A stretch of DNA of 64,000 bases from Alteromonas sp. (GTDB lineage Bacteria; Pseudomonadota; Gammaproteobacteria; Enterobacterales; Alteromonadaceae): assembly GCA_964230255.1 (NCBI GenBank), contig CAXRGW010000040.1, forward strand, positions 24,329 to 88,328. The letters are read 5' to 3'. This document shows positions 10,670-21,138 of the stretch, piece by piece. The translations under genes and the position numbers were made by a program. Each line of letters starts with the position of its first letter. Within the stretch, counting starts at the first letter, position 1. The notes beneath the pieces are model-generated. The model was not told the origin of the DNA and did no database searches. It was given only the letters and a program-made list of their open reading frames with translations.

Positions 10670-11453
10670 AGTCTGGCACAAATAGAGGACCCAGTGGCGT
10701 GTAAGGTATACCAAATATTTCGGGGTATTCAACGTGCACTAGATATAAACCGTTAGGCTTTGCCGTCGCACCAGCCTGCGTGCGGTCTTTGCTCGCTAGC
10801 AGCTCAGCTATCCATTCAATCGGTTGCTCGCCACAACCAACTACAATAAGAGATCCTGTTATATTGCGCACCATATGATGTAAAAACGCGTTAGCAGTAA
10901 CATCAACAAATACATATGGACCGCGGCGCTCAACGCTAATCGCACGTATGTTGCGAAAAGGCGTCTTGGATTGACAATGCGCTGCGCGAAATGCACTAAA
11001 ATCGTTTTCACCGATTAAACATTGGGCTGCAATATGCATTCGCTCGGCATCTAGTGGTCGATACTCATGAGTTAAGCCCCCGCGTAAAATGCCTGGGCGC
11101 AATTTAGCGTTGTAAATGACGTATCGATAGCGTCGAGCAGTCGCACTGTAGCGCGCATGAAAATCATTATCGAAAGCCTTGGCCCAATGAACTGCGACAG
11201 CATCTGGTAAATGCGTATTCACTCCCATTGTCCAGGCGCGCTCAGGACGTTCAACGTCAGTATCAAAATGAACGATTTGGTTGGTGGCGTGAACGCCCGC
11301 ATCTGTGCGACCGGCACACTGGACTTCGATTGCAGTATCGGCGATTTTCGACAACGCACTTTCCAGTGATAATTGAACGGTACTTAGCTGTTGTTGGCGC
11401 TGCCAACCGTAAAACGCCGAGCCATCATATTCAATCCCAAGTGCAATGCGCAA
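10668..11453 (-). CDS. truA: tRNA pseudouridine(38-40) synthase (probable TTG start)
   Basis: [36 protein letters not shown]. Confidence 0.97.
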   Translation of the reverse strand: MRIALGIEYDGSAFYGWQRQQQLSTVQLSLESALSKIADTAIEVQCAGRTDAGVHATNQIVHFDTDVERPERAWTMGVNTHLPDAVAVHWAKAFDNDFHARYSATARRYRYVIYNAKLRPGILRGGLTHEYRPLDAERMHIAAQCLIGENDFSAFRAAHCQSKTPFRNIRAISVERRGPYVFVDVTANAFLHHMVRNITGSLIVVGCGEQPIEWIAELLASKDRTQAGATAKPNGLYLVHVEYPEIFGIPYTPLGPLFVPD

Positions 11454-11529
11454 CCGATAAACCTTTGTGTACAACCAAAATTGGCGGCAAGTGTAGCCTA
11501 ACTAGGTAATAGCAGACAACCACAAGCAC

Positions 11530-14500
11530 TTATTTAAGCGTTTTTAATAACTCGTTCGCTTCACGCTGCTGTTCTTCTGAGCCATCAGCAATAACTTCCT
11601 TCAATAATTCGATTGCTGCAGCACTGTCGTCCATTTCAATGTAAGCATGTGCAAGGTCTAGCTTAGCAGCCTGTTCCCCACCATCGTCAACATCAACAAC
11701 TACATCGTCATCACTTACACCAGTAAATTCAGCTAGTGCGACATCTAAATTGAGGTTGACATCATCAACTTCAGAGCCATCATCAGCCTGACTTTCAGCT
11801 AATAACGTATCGACATCAACAAAGTCCTGATCTGCAGTTTCTGGTTGCGCGGACTCGTCTTCGGTAAACAAAGCATCTAGGTCGAGATCGGGATTATCCA
11901 GTTTTAGCTCTGTTTTTCCGTCTTCTTCCACATCAATACTATCAAGAAGTTCATCAAAGTCCGAACCTTCGATTTCTTCTAATACCAATGAGTCTTCGCT
12001 ATCACCTGATTCACTCAACCAATCACCCAGTCCGGGCAAGTCTTTAAGATCATCCGGCTCATCACCATCTGTCGCTGACGCACCTTCGGGTTTTGACTCG
12101 CTTGGGTCTTCACTTGCTTCATCTACTGAATCATCAAGTAAAAATTCATCAAACTCTTGATCAAGCAATGAATCGTCAAACGCGCTATCTTCGCCGTCAC
12201 CTAAACTGGGGATATCATCTAACTCGAACCCTTCTTCTAGAGCAAATTCATCAGCTTTTACATCGGCTTCAGTGTCAGCGACGGCATCTTCTATATCTAA
12301 CTCAGGTTCTTCTAGGACAAGCTCTTCCGATTCGTCAGTGTCGGAGTCGTCAGGAATTTCAAGCTCTTCCTCAATGGCTCGTTCTTCAGTTTCTACCGCT
12401 TCGACTTCTGCTAGCAGCTCATCGCTGACGATTTCGGCAGACGCCTCTTCGACTGTTTCTTCTGAATCTTCAATGCCAGTGTCTATTTCAGCTAAAACTT
12501 CAACGGAAGGGCTTTCCTCAGTTAATTCCGTACGAAGCGCAGTAGTATCCTCGTCAACGTCTAATTCGGCAATGTCGTGGTTTGTTTCAACATCCGCTTC
12601 AAGTTCGGCGAGTAGCTCATCAGCTAAATCTTCATTTTCATCGCTCGCTAATTCAGAACCAGTGTCGGCGTCCTCTGCAGGTCCTTCAATATCAGCTTCA
12701 AGCTCTGCCAATAACTCGTCAGCTAAAATATCATTTACGTCTTCGTTAGCGGTTTCACTTTCTGGCTCGGTCTCTTCAACTTCGGCCTCAAGCTCCGCTA
12801 ATAACTCATCGGCAAGTGCATCATTGCTGTCGGTTTCGTCAGCATTCTCGTCCATTGCGGGAGCTGTTTCGTCAGAAGCATCCTCAATGTCGGCCTCAAG
12901 CTCTGCTAATAGTTCATCGGCTAAGTCATCACCAGCACCTGTTGTTAATTGTTCTTCAGCTTCACCTCGAAGTTCTGCTAACAAGTCATCAGACAGCGGA
13001 TCTTCAAGATCACTTATATCATCGATGTCTAAATCACTAGCAAACTCGTCTAAGGTTTGTATATCTTGCTGTGATTGCTGAACATCATCTTCCGCCAGCT
13101 CACTGTCCGCACTATCGCCTTCGTCATCATCATCGTCATCAAAGTCAGTGTCGCCCATCATGTCTTGCATCATTTCGAGCTGTTCTAACTCGCCAAGTAT
13201 CTCGTCTGTGACTTTATCTAATGCTTCATTTTGTGCGGCGACTTCATCTCCAAGCTGTTCAAGCATTTGATTCGACACACCAGTTTCTACATCAACATCA
13301 ATACCGGCTGGCGTATCGCCTTTTTGCTCAGGCTCCTCAAGTAATTCATCTATACTTATTTCAGGTTTTTCATCTTCGTCGTCTAGCTCACTAATCGCTT
13401 GTTCAGCCTCAGAAGCTAGGACTTCATCCAAGTCATCAGTATCAGCAAGCTCGGCATCTAACTCTTCGTCAAGTGCAGCTTCGAGCTCGTCACCTTGGGA
13501 TAATTCAGCAACGAGTTCACTATCAACGTCGCTAAGCTCATCTTCATCAAATAATTCGTCGAGTGAGTCTTCGTTAATGCTGACATCTTCCATTTCGGCA
13601 GCTAACGCTTCATCGACGTCATCTTCCAGCGCATCAGATAAATCAATATCGTCATCAGCCGATAGGTCAATACCATCGATTTCATCTAATTCTTTTATCA
13701 GCTCTTCATCATTTTCGAATAAGCTGTCACCGTCTTCAATCTCTGGTACCAACATTTCATCGCTTAAGTCGGCATAGCTCTCTAGCTCGTTCTCTACGGC
13801 ATCGTCCAATGATTCTTCGAGCTCGTCAGAAAGAATATCATCAAGAAGTTCATCATCATTAAATAAGTCTTCTTCAACGTTAGGCGCAGTTAAATCATCG
13901 ACCAATGAGTCGCTCAAGTCATCCATCGCTGGCTGAGTGGCTTGCGCCGGTTTAATGATTGGTTGCGATTCATTAGCAACCAAAGTCTCAGTAGGTTTAC
14001 GACGTTTTAACAAAACCCAAAAAAGACTGCCTAAAAAGAGGACGGTAAATAGAATAGATCCTGCAATTATGCCGGTTGGGGTCGTCAAATGCTGAACAAA
14101 AGAAGCTTCTTCTTTCTCTCGCTCGCGCTGTTTAAATTGTTCAAATTCGTCAATTAGCTCGCGTTGCAATTGCAACTGCGCGTCTAATTGTGGCTGGACT
14201 TGCTCTTGAACTTGACCGCGCAACTCATCGATATCTTGATTAACCCCATCTAGCCGCTCAATGACTTTGCGATTTTCATCGATGAGCGCCTGCACATTGT
14301 CAATTGATGCGGCAAACTGTTGCCGCAAAATATCGAATTGTTCTAATTGTTGTTTATCTAACTGAGTAAGTCGTTCAGTAAGTTGTGACGCCGTTTCGTC
14401 CAAGTCAGCTTTTTTGACCAGCTCTCCTGGCGGCTTAATGTTGGTTTCAGTATCAGCATCCGCCTCGGGACGAATAGAGGCTAATGCTTGGTTATCACTC

Positions 14501-14862
14501 TCAGCTTTTAGTCTCGCCTGTTCAGCATCGATGCGAGCTATATAGCGTTCAGAAGGCAGGCGTAAGGTTTCACCATCGACCAATAGGTTGAGGTTTCGCT
14601 GTTCAAATGCGTCAGGGTTTAGCTCATAAATCGCTACCATCACTTGATATACCGTTAAATCAGAATTTTGACGGTAACGCGAAGCAATGCGCCAGAGTGT
14701 GTCGGAAGCGTCAATGGGACCATAAACCGCACCAGAATATTGTCCCTGTGCGTCGCGAGGCCCCTTGATCTGAATGCTGGTTGATTGCGCAGATGTTTCG
14801 CTGACCACGGCAAAAACGATGGCGAACGTTACACTCATCATTAACCAACGGCTCAGTCTCAT
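11530..14862 (-). CDS. fimV: FimV/HubP polar landmark protein
   Basis: LysM-like DTLWRIA...NPDAF, coiled coil, one TM, long acidic region, FimV C-terminal KLDLAHAYIEMDD; lies between asd and truA. Confidence 0.93.
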   Translation of the reverse strand: MRLSRWLMMSVTFAIVFAVVSETSAQSTSIQIKGPRDAQGQYSGAVYGPIDASDTLWRIASRYRQNSDLTVYQVMVAIYELNPDAFEQRNLNLLVDGETLRLPSERYIARIDAEQARLKAESDNQALASIRPEADADTETNIKPPGELVKKADLDETASQLTERLTQLDKQQLEQFDILRQQFAASIDNVQALIDENRKVIERLDGVNQDIDELRGQVQEQVQPQLDAQLQLQRELIDEFEQFKQREREKEEASFVQHLTTPTGIIAGSILFTVLFLGSLFWVLLKRRKPTETLVANESQPIIKPAQATQPAMDDLSDSLVDDLTAPNVEEDLFNDDELLDDILSDELEESLDDAVENELESYADLSDEMLVPEIEDGDSLFENDEELIKELDEIDGIDLSADDDIDLSDALEDDVDEALAAEMEDVSINEDSLDELFDEDELSDVDSELVAELSQGDELEAALDEELDAELADTDDLDEVLASEAEQAISELDDEDEKPEISIDELLEEPEQKGDTPAGIDVDVETGVSNQMLEQLGDEVAAQNEALDKVTDEILGELEQLEMMQDMMGDTDFDDDDDDEGDSADSELAEDDVQQSQQDIQTLDEFASDLDIDDISDLEDPLSDDLLAELRGEAEEQLTTGAGDDLADELLAELEADIEDASDETAPAMDENADETDSNDALADELLAELEAEVEETEPESETANEDVNDILADELLAELEADIEGPAEDADTGSELASDENEDLADELLAELEADVETNHDIAELDVDEDTTALRTELTEESPSVEVLAEIDTGIEDSEETVEEASAEIVSDELLAEVEAVETEERAIEEELEIPDDSDTDESEELVLEEPELDIEDAVADTEADVKADEFALEEGFELDDIPSLGDGEDSAFDDSLLDQEFDEFLLDDSVDEASEDPSESKPEGASATDGDEPDDLKDLPGLGDWLSESGDSEDSLVLEEIEGSDFDELLDSIDVEEDGKTELKLDNPDLDLDALFTEDESAQPETADQDFVDVDTLLAESQADDGSEVDDVNLNLDVALAEFTGVSDDDVVVDVDDGGEQAAKLDLAHAYIEMDDSAAAIELLKEVIADGSEEQQREANELLKTLK
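12400..13000 (-). repeat. Degenerate peptide repeats (LADELLAELEA[D/E][I/V]E) within FimV/HubP
   Basis: Four near-exact copies and two looser copies in the translation; boundaries approximate. Confidence 0.8.
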
Positions 14863-14903
14863 TGCGTTCCTTTATCTATTGTTTTTGTTGAACTCAGAAA
14901 GCC

Positions 14904-14920
14904 TGCAAGTGCCGTTCCAA
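14904..14920 (-). promoter_or_regulatory. sigma54 (-24/-12) promoter upstream of fimV/hubP
   Basis: TTGGAACGGCACTTGCA = GG-N10-GC, about 40 nt before the ATG. Confidence 0.7.
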
Positions 14921-15026
14921 TCAGGCACCATAAGGTATCCTGTGTAACCAACAAACCACGACAAGCTTATAACCTGTGCCCTGCTCTACCAACAGTATAA
15001 ACGAGAGCACAGATTTTGCTCTAAGG

Positions 15027-15053
15027 TTATCGACCGAAATCCAATAAATTTAA
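15027..15053 (-). promoter_or_regulatory. Candidate sigma28 promoter upstream of fimV/hubP
   Basis: TTAAATTT-N11-GTCGATAA versus consensus TAAAGTTT-N11-GCCGATAA. Confidence 0.55.
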
Positions 15054-15067
15054 GTTAATATAAAGAC

Positions 15068-16084
15068 TTAAAGATAATCTCTAATCAAAACCTCAGCAAT
15101 TTGTACGCTGTTTGTTGCTGCGCCCTTTCGAACGTTGTCAGACACTACCCACAAGTTTACACCATTCGGATGGGAAATATCATTGCGGATCCGACCCACG
15201 TGTACACTATCATTGCCGCTAGCGCTACTGACTTGGGTTGGGAAGTCTTCTTGACTTTCGTATACCGTAACACCTTCTGCTTCGTTGAGCAGGCGTTTAA
15301 CATCTTCTGCATCAATGGGTTGAAGCGCCTCAATGTGAATAGCTTCACCGTGTCCATAGAACACAGGCACTCGAACGGCGGTTGGATTTACGCGAATTGA
15401 TTCGTCCCCCAGAATTTTGTGGGTTTCCCACACCATTTTCATTTCTTCTTTGGTGTAATCATTATCAAGAAAAACATCAATTTGTGGGATAGCATTAAAC
15501 GCAATTTGACGGCTAAAACCATCCGTATTCACTTCTCGTCCATTCATCAATGAAGCGGTTTGTTGTGCCAAACCATCAATTGCAGATTTACCAGCTCCCG
15601 AAACAGACTGGTAGGTACAGACATTAATTCGATCAATGCCCACAGCGTCGTGAATAGGCTTCAATGCAACAACCATTTGAATCGTTGAACAGTTAGGGTT
15701 GGCAATGATATTACGATTGCGGAAATCAGCTAACGCATGTGAATTTACCTCAGGCACTACTAAGGGAATATCCGGCTCGTAACGAAACTGAGAAGTATTG
15801 TCGATAACCACACAACCCGCTTCCGCGGCGATCGGTGCGAACTTTTCAGATACACTACCACCCGCTGAGAAGAACCCCAGTTGAACTTTTTGCCAATCAA
15901 AGGTATCTGCGTTTAACACTTCAATGTCTTTTCCTTTGTACGAAATGATACCACCAGCTGAACGTTCACTGGCTAGTGGATAAAGAGTACCAATTGGAAA
16001 ATTGCGATCTTCCAAAATTTCGATCATGGTTTTACCAACCAGACCTGTTGCGCCTAATACCGCAACATCAAAGGCTTGTGACAT
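15068..16084 (-). CDS. asd: Aspartate-semialdehyde dehydrogenase (asd/usg type)
   Basis: GATGLVG, NPNCSTIQ, YQSVSGAG, DNVRKGAA. Confidence 0.93.
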   Translation of the reverse strand: MSQAFDVAVLGATGLVGKTMIEILEDRNFPIGTLYPLASERSAGGIISYKGKDIEVLNADTFDWQKVQLGFFSAGGSVSEKFAPIAAEAGCVVIDNTSQFRYEPDIPLVVPEVNSHALADFRNRNIIANPNCSTIQMVVALKPIHDAVGIDRINVCTYQSVSGAGKSAIDGLAQQTASLMNGREVNTDGFSRQIAFNAIPQIDVFLDNDYTKEEMKMVWETHKILGDESIRVNPTAVRVPVFYGHGEAIHIEALQPIDAEDVKRLLNEAEGVTVYESQEDFPTQVSSASGNDSVHVGRIRNDISHPNGVNLWVVSDNVRKGAATNSVQIAEVLIRDYL

Positions 16085-16116
16085 GAGTTGTTTTACTCCC
16101 GTAGATATTTATTTCG

Positions 16117-17280
16117 TTACTGTGAACACTGTGTGTTAAATGCGAGTCTCTGTAAAAGCTGACGAATCGGCTCGTCATCACAGTGCTCATTCAACATAAT
16201 TGTTTGTGCAGCAAACTCGCGTCGTTGGCCATAGGTTTTGCGCAAATGTACGAATTTTTGACCGACATCGCTGGATTGTGCCATTGCTTGGCGAAAAATC
16301 CTATCGTCCTGCCTAATATCATATAGCGAAAAGATCGCGGCCCAAATCAGACTTTCATCGCATTTGCCAATATTGCGCCAATCTAAAGCTGCTAATTGCG
16401 GTAACACCTCGTCCATTTGAATAGTCTCAGGGATATTGAACTGCCTGGATAAAGCGCTATAACTCATAAAAGTGCCGCGAGTTTTGCCCTCCAATGTATG
16501 CCCGGCAATATGTGGCGTAGCGTACAAACAATGCGGCAACATTGCGCGGTTTACTTCAGGTTCATTTTCCCACGCATCAAGAATAAGCACTGGCATGTCG
16601 CGCTGTTCAGCTTGTGCTGAAAACGCCAATTCATCGATAACGCCACCGCGGCATGCGTTAATCACCAATTGATTGGCTTTTAACTGCTTTAATTGTTCGT
16701 CACCAAGCAAGTGTCGGGTTCGATACTCGCCATCCTCAATAAGAGGTACATGCAAACATATAATGTCGCAGTTTAAAATCGTGTCTAAGTCAACGAACTC
16801 GCGCGGGTCTTCGGTCAGTGCCAATAGTGGGTCACACAGGCAATAATCAAATGATAATGCGCTGAGCTTAGACTCTAGTGCCGAACCAACGTTTCCCGCG
16901 CCTACTACACCAATCCGCATCTTACGCATATCACTCAGGCTAAGGTTACGCGATGCAGCATAGGCAAAAATGGCGCTCAATACATATTCCGCGACGGCTA
17001 CGGCGTTGCAACCGGCAGAAACATAGTACGGCACTTGCGCTTCATCAAGCGCTGCTAAATCAAAATGGTCAAAACCGGCAGTGGCAGTAGCAACCAATTG
17101 CAACTTAGGTGCATGCGCCAACAACTCTGCATTCACTTTTGTTGTTGAACGCACCATCAATGCATCGGCTTCAGATAGCAAATCGAGGTTTATATTTCCA
17201 GCGCTAAAAGGCGTGGCATCGCCCAGCAGCGAGAAACACTGCTCGGCGTAGGGCATATTGTCGTCGTATAGAATGTTCAT
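16117..17280 (-). CDS. pdxB: Erythronate-4-phosphate dehydrogenase (start moved to MNILYD)
   Basis: MVRSTTKV, ATAGFDH, GAGNVG, NACRG, TPHIAGHTLEGK; conserved gene order. Confidence 0.95.
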   Translation of the reverse strand: MNILYDDNMPYAEQCFSLLGDATPFSAGNINLDLLSEADALMVRSTTKVNAELLAHAPKLQLVATATAGFDHFDLAALDEAQVPYYVSAGCNAVAVAEYVLSAIFAYAASRNLSLSDMRKMRIGVVGAGNVGSALESKLSALSFDYCLCDPLLALTEDPREFVDLDTILNCDIICLHVPLIEDGEYRTRHLLGDEQLKQLKANQLVINACRGGVIDELAFSAQAEQRDMPVLILDAWENEPEVNRAMLPHCLYATPHIAGHTLEGKTRGTFMSYSALSRQFNIPETIQMDEVLPQLAALDWRNIGKCDESLIWAAIFSLYDIRQDDRIFRQAMAQSSDVGQKFVHLRKTYGQRREFAAQTIMLNEHCDDEPIRQLLQRLAFNTQCSQ

Positions 17281-17305
17281 CTGGCAGAGTTTACCTGCTG
17301 CCAGC

Positions 17306-18196
17306 TCACTTCTCACTGATAATTTCAGAAATAATCTGATTAACTTGTTCGGGTGCTTCTAATTGTGGATAGTGGCCAACTGGTAATGCCCGAGTCGGTG
17401 TTTCTGGCAGTAAATACTGAAACCGAGAGAGCATGTGCTTTCCTGAGATTGGGTCATAAGTACCATTGATAAACATCAGTTTGCTAGTCGCTTGCTTTGC
17501 AGTGTTCTGCATCGCTGCAACCCAACGATCGCGATAGCGAATGCGGTCATCAAGATAATCCAATATCGCGGGTAACACGCACCGGCCATCATTGTGTTTC
17601 ATAAGTTCCCACAAAACGTCTATCTCATGAGTCTTAGGAGGCGTTTGTGGACCAAAGATACGAGTGAAACTCTTTCTCAAGGTAGCTTGGCTAAGCAGCC
17701 TTGCACAAACTGGACCCAACCAGCTGTGTAATAGCCTCTGTGTCACTAAAGGCCGATGGCTTTCAGGGAATAAACCGCCGTTAAGCCAGATCATGTGATT
17801 AATGTTATAACTACTCTCTCCCAAGTTGACACGAGCGAGCAACTCTTGCGCAACAGAATCACCGTAATCGTGAGCTATGACACTAATTGAACTCAACGCT
17901 AACTCTGAAAGTAATTGCTCAATAATGTCAGCTTGTTCGAGGATACTGTATTTGTGTGGGTGCGGCTTAGCAGACAACCCATAGCCCAGCAGGTCTAAAG
18001 CCACTAAATTACAGTCCGACTTAAACGCCTGCCATTGACTATGCCAGTCCCATGCAGCACTCGGAAAACCGTGAATAAACACCAGTGTTTCCGCTGCGGG
18101 GTTAGGGTTCACATGCTGCCAAACAGCAATCTTATGGCCTTGTAGCTGTTTGAACTGCGCGTGAGATTTATAGTCGTTTAAATCGGCGTAAGGCAT
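17306..18196 (-). CDS. Alpha/beta hydrolase, epoxide-hydrolase/MEST-like
   Basis: HGFPS oxyanion motif, AHDYG Asp nucleophile, GHYPQLE. Confidence 0.85.
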   Translation of the reverse strand: MPYADLNDYKSHAQFKQLQGHKIAVWQHVNPNPAAETLVFIHGFPSAAWDWHSQWQAFKSDCNLVALDLLGYGLSAKPHPHKYSILEQADIIEQLLSELALSSISVIAHDYGDSVAQELLARVNLGESSYNINHMIWLNGGLFPESHRPLVTQRLLHSWLGPVCARLLSQATLRKSFTRIFGPQTPPKTHEIDVLWELMKHNDGRCVLPAILDYLDDRIRYRDRWVAAMQNTAKQATSKLMFINGTYDPISGKHMLSRFQYLLPETPTRALPVGHYPQLEAPEQVNQIISEIISEK

Positions 18197-18945
18197 TAAT
18201 ATTTATAGTCCGGTGATTCGCGATCGAGTTTACGTAAAATACCAGGCCAAGCTAACATGCCACCCATCGAGCGTGTGACTTGCGTAGCTTGCGCGCGAAT
18301 TCCAGCTAAAATTGGGGCTGGAATTGGACGCAATTCAACGCCTGTTGACTGCGCTTGAATTTGTATCTCACAGCTGCGCTGTAAAACAAACATGCCCAAA
18401 AAGGCATCGGCAATAGTTTCTGCACAAGTCAATAAGCCATGATTGCGTAATATCATAAAATTGGTATTACCCAAATCTGCTACTAAACGCTGCTTTTCGT
18501 CTGGATTTAAGGCCACGCCTTCATAGTCGTGATAAGACAAAGATGCCAGCGGAAACAGCGATTGTTGACTATAAGGCAACAAGCCTTGTTCTTGTACGGA
18601 AATAGCAATACCAGCATTAGTGTGCAAATGCAGTACGCATTTAGCGTCATCGCGTGCTTCGTGAACGGCACTGTGAATGGTAAATCCAGCTGGATTAATA
18701 TCAAATTCACTGTCCACGACTTTGTTACCGTGCAAGTCTACTTTAACCAAGCTTGAAGCCGTCACTTCTTCAAATAACATGCCGTAAGGGTTAATTAGAA
18801 AGTGATGATCAGGGCCTGGAATTCGAGCGGAGATATGGGTGAAAACTAAGTCATCCCAGCCATAATGCGCAACCATCCGGTAACACGCAGCTAGATCAAC
18901 GCGCATTTGCCATTCTTGTTCTGACACTTGGTCTTTAACGTTCAT
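18196..18945 (-). CDS. Class II aldolase/adducin family protein (start moved to MNVKD)
   Basis: THISAR, INPAGFTIHSAVH, LHLHT, LRNHG; AGAGGA RBS. Confidence 0.9.
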   Translation of the reverse strand: MNVKDQVSEQEWQMRVDLAACYRMVAHYGWDDLVFTHISARIPGPDHHFLINPYGMLFEEVTASSLVKVDLHGNKVVDSEFDINPAGFTIHSAVHEARDDAKCVLHLHTNAGIAISVQEQGLLPYSQQSLFPLASLSYHDYEGVALNPDEKQRLVADLGNTNFMILRNHGLLTCAETIADAFLGMFVLQRSCEIQIQAQSTGVELRPIPAPILAGIRAQATQVTRSMGGMLAWPGILRKLDRESPDYKY

Positions 18946-19000
18946 TCGATAATCCTCTATATTGATTAACGATATAATACGCGTATGATTAATCACCAAC

Positions 19001-19016
19001 TGTCGCCAATACGACA
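19001..19016. promoter_or_regulatory. Crp/Fnr-type palindromic operator
   Basis: TGTCG-CCAATA-CGACA between the divergent aldolase and Crp-family genes. Confidence 0.7.
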
Positions 19017-19027
19017 TTGTATAAAAA

Positions 19028-19726
19028 ATGTTATCGATTCCTCAACAGACCTTGTTGCGTTCTACAGTGTGGTTTAATGCTATGACTGTAGAAGTACAAG
19101 ATGCCTTTATGGGCGTGATTAAACTACAAAGGCTCAGCAAAGGCAGTCAATTGTACGGCAAAGGTTTTGTCGGCACTGGGTTTCATTGTGTGCTCGAAGG
19201 ACGAGTTAAAGTCAGTAATATTCATAGCAGTGGTAAGCAAATGGTTTTGGCTTATCTCGATGTGGGCAGCTGGTTTGGGGAAATTTCAATGTTTGATGGA
19301 TTGGGCCGTTCACATGATACCCATGCAGATTCGGATGCAGTACTAGCATTCATAAGTCGCGCGGATTTCCATCGACTATTAAATCAATACCCTGAAACTT
19401 ACCACTACTTTACCCAGTTGTTATGCCAACGTTTGCGCACAACCTTTAACTTTATTGATTCAACCGCGAGCTTAAGCCTGAAGCAACAACTCGCGAAGCG
19501 CTTAATATTGCTCAGTAGTAATTTTGGTCAGCGCTTGGCGGGGCATAACACAATTGAAATTACCGCATCACAAGAAACCCTTGCCATGATGATCAATTCA
19601 TCGCGGCAAACTATTAATCGCTTGCTAAAAGAAATGGAACAGCAAGGGTGTTTACGCACACATTACGGCCGCATCACCTTGCTGGACATCGCACAGTTGA
19701 AACAACTGTGCGAGTGGGACGACTAA
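19028..19726 (+). CDS. Crp/Fnr-family transcriptional regulator
   Basis: cNMP-binding GSWFGEIS...RSH and HTH SQETLAMMINSSRQTINR. Confidence 0.92.
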   Translation: MLSIPQQTLLRSTVWFNAMTVEVQDAFMGVIKLQRLSKGSQLYGKGFVGTGFHCVLEGRVKVSNIHSSGKQMVLAYLDVGSWFGEISMFDGLGRSHDTHADSDAVLAFISRADFHRLLNQYPETYHYFTQLLCQRLRTTFNFIDSTASLSLKQQLAKRLILLSSNFGQRLAGHNTIEITASQETLAMMINSSRQTINRLLKEMEQQGCLRTHYGRITLLDIAQLKQLCEWDD

Positions 19727-19733
19727 TTCCGCG

Positions 19734-20945
19734 CTACTTATAACGTGAGAAAACCAATGTTGCGTTGGTGCCACCAAAACCGAAACTATTCGACATAATG
19801 GTATTGAGTGTTGCATCACGCTTTTCAGTGACAATGTCTAAGCCTTCTGCAGCTGGGTCCATTGAGTCGATGTTGATTGACGGTGCAATAAACCCATGCT
19901 TCATCATTAATAAGCTATAAATCGCTTCGTTAACGCCAGCGGCACCTAAGGCATGACCGGTAAGTGACTTAGTTGCGCTGATCGGTGGTGAATTTTCTTT
20001 GAATACCTCTTGAATCGCTTTCAACTCTTGAACATCACCTACCGGCGTTGAAGTTCCATGAGTGTTAAGATAGTCAATGGGTGCTTCAATATTCTCCATC
20101 GCCATTCGCATACAACGAACGGCACCCTCACCCGACGGAGCAACCATGTCGTAACCGTCAGACGTAGCACCATAACCAGTAACTTCTGCATAAATAGTTG
20201 CGCCACGCGCGAGTGCATGCTCAAGCTCTTCAACGACAACCATGCCGCCACCACCTGAGCTAACAAATCCGTCTCGCTCTGCGCAGTAAGTGCGTGATGC
20301 TACCGCTGGATTGTCGTTGTACTTAGAAGATAAAGCGCCCATGGCATCAAATTGGCTAGATAGTGACCAGTGTAGCTCTTCACCGCCACCTGCAAACACC
20401 ACGTCTTGTTTATTGAGTTGAATCATTTCTAACGCATTGCCAATACAGTGAGCACTGGTAGCACACGCTGATGAAATTGAGTAGTTAATACCTTTAATTT
20501 TGAATGGCGTTGCCAAACAAGCGGAAACTGTAGAGCCCATGCAACGTGTAACCATATAAGGGCCAACACGCTTAACGCCCTTTTCACGTAAGATATCAGC
20601 TGACGCCACTTGGTTGACCGATGACGCACCACCTGAACCTGCGATGATGCCGGTTCGCGGATTTGAAATTTGTTCTTCTGTTAAGCCCGAATCGGCCACA
20701 GCTTGTTGCATAGCTATATAGGCGTACGCTGCGGCATCACCCATAAAACGCATGGCTTTGCGGTCAATATGTTCTTTGAGGTCAATGTCTACTTGTCCCC
20801 ATACGTGGCTGCGCATACCCATTTCTGCAAATTGCTCAGAAAATGTGATTCCTGAGGTGCCGTTGCGCAAAGACTCCGCAACTGCGTTCTGGTCTGTACC
20901 AATACTTGAAACAATACCGATACCAGTAATAACTGCTCTTCTCAT
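19734..20945 (-). CDS. fabB: 3-oxoacyl-ACP synthase I
   Basis: [31 protein letters not shown]. Confidence 0.97.
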   Translation of the reverse strand: MRRAVITGIGIVSSIGTDQNAVAESLRNGTSGITFSEQFAEMGMRSHVWGQVDIDLKEHIDRKAMRFMGDAAAYAYIAMQQAVADSGLTEEQISNPRTGIIAGSGGASSVNQVASADILREKGVKRVGPYMVTRCMGSTVSACLATPFKIKGINYSISSACATSAHCIGNALEMIQLNKQDVVFAGGGEELHWSLSSQFDAMGALSSKYNDNPAVASRTYCAERDGFVSSGGGGMVVVEELEHALARGATIYAEVTGYGATSDGYDMVAPSGEGAVRCMRMAMENIEAPIDYLNTHGTSTPVGDVQELKAIQEVFKENSPPISATKSLTGHALGAAGVNEAIYSLLMMKHGFIAPSINIDSMDPAAEGLDIVTEKRDATLNTIMSNSFGFGGTNATLVFSRYK

Positions 20946-21138
20946 AGTTCACCCAATTAAATTAACGCGCATATAGTATAGATTTAAGTGCGTAAAGTGG
21001 TCTGCTCTTTATACTAGGTGTTAATGATGATCGATGTACAGCAAAGATCGCGACAACCTGCATGAAATTGAGCTTTTTGCTGTGTAACACGGTATCATAG
21101 CGTCATCTCTAGAAGTGTGACGATTCAAAGAATTTTCA

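Noticed and set aside
12093-13777. Long Ser-rich plus-strand ORFs (for example 12272-13081)
   Set aside because: Antisense shadows of the Asp/Glu-rich fimV region.
20946-21138. FadR or FabR sites upstream of fabB
   Set aside because: Only a half-site (AAGTGGTC at 20995) and no clear FabR palindrome.
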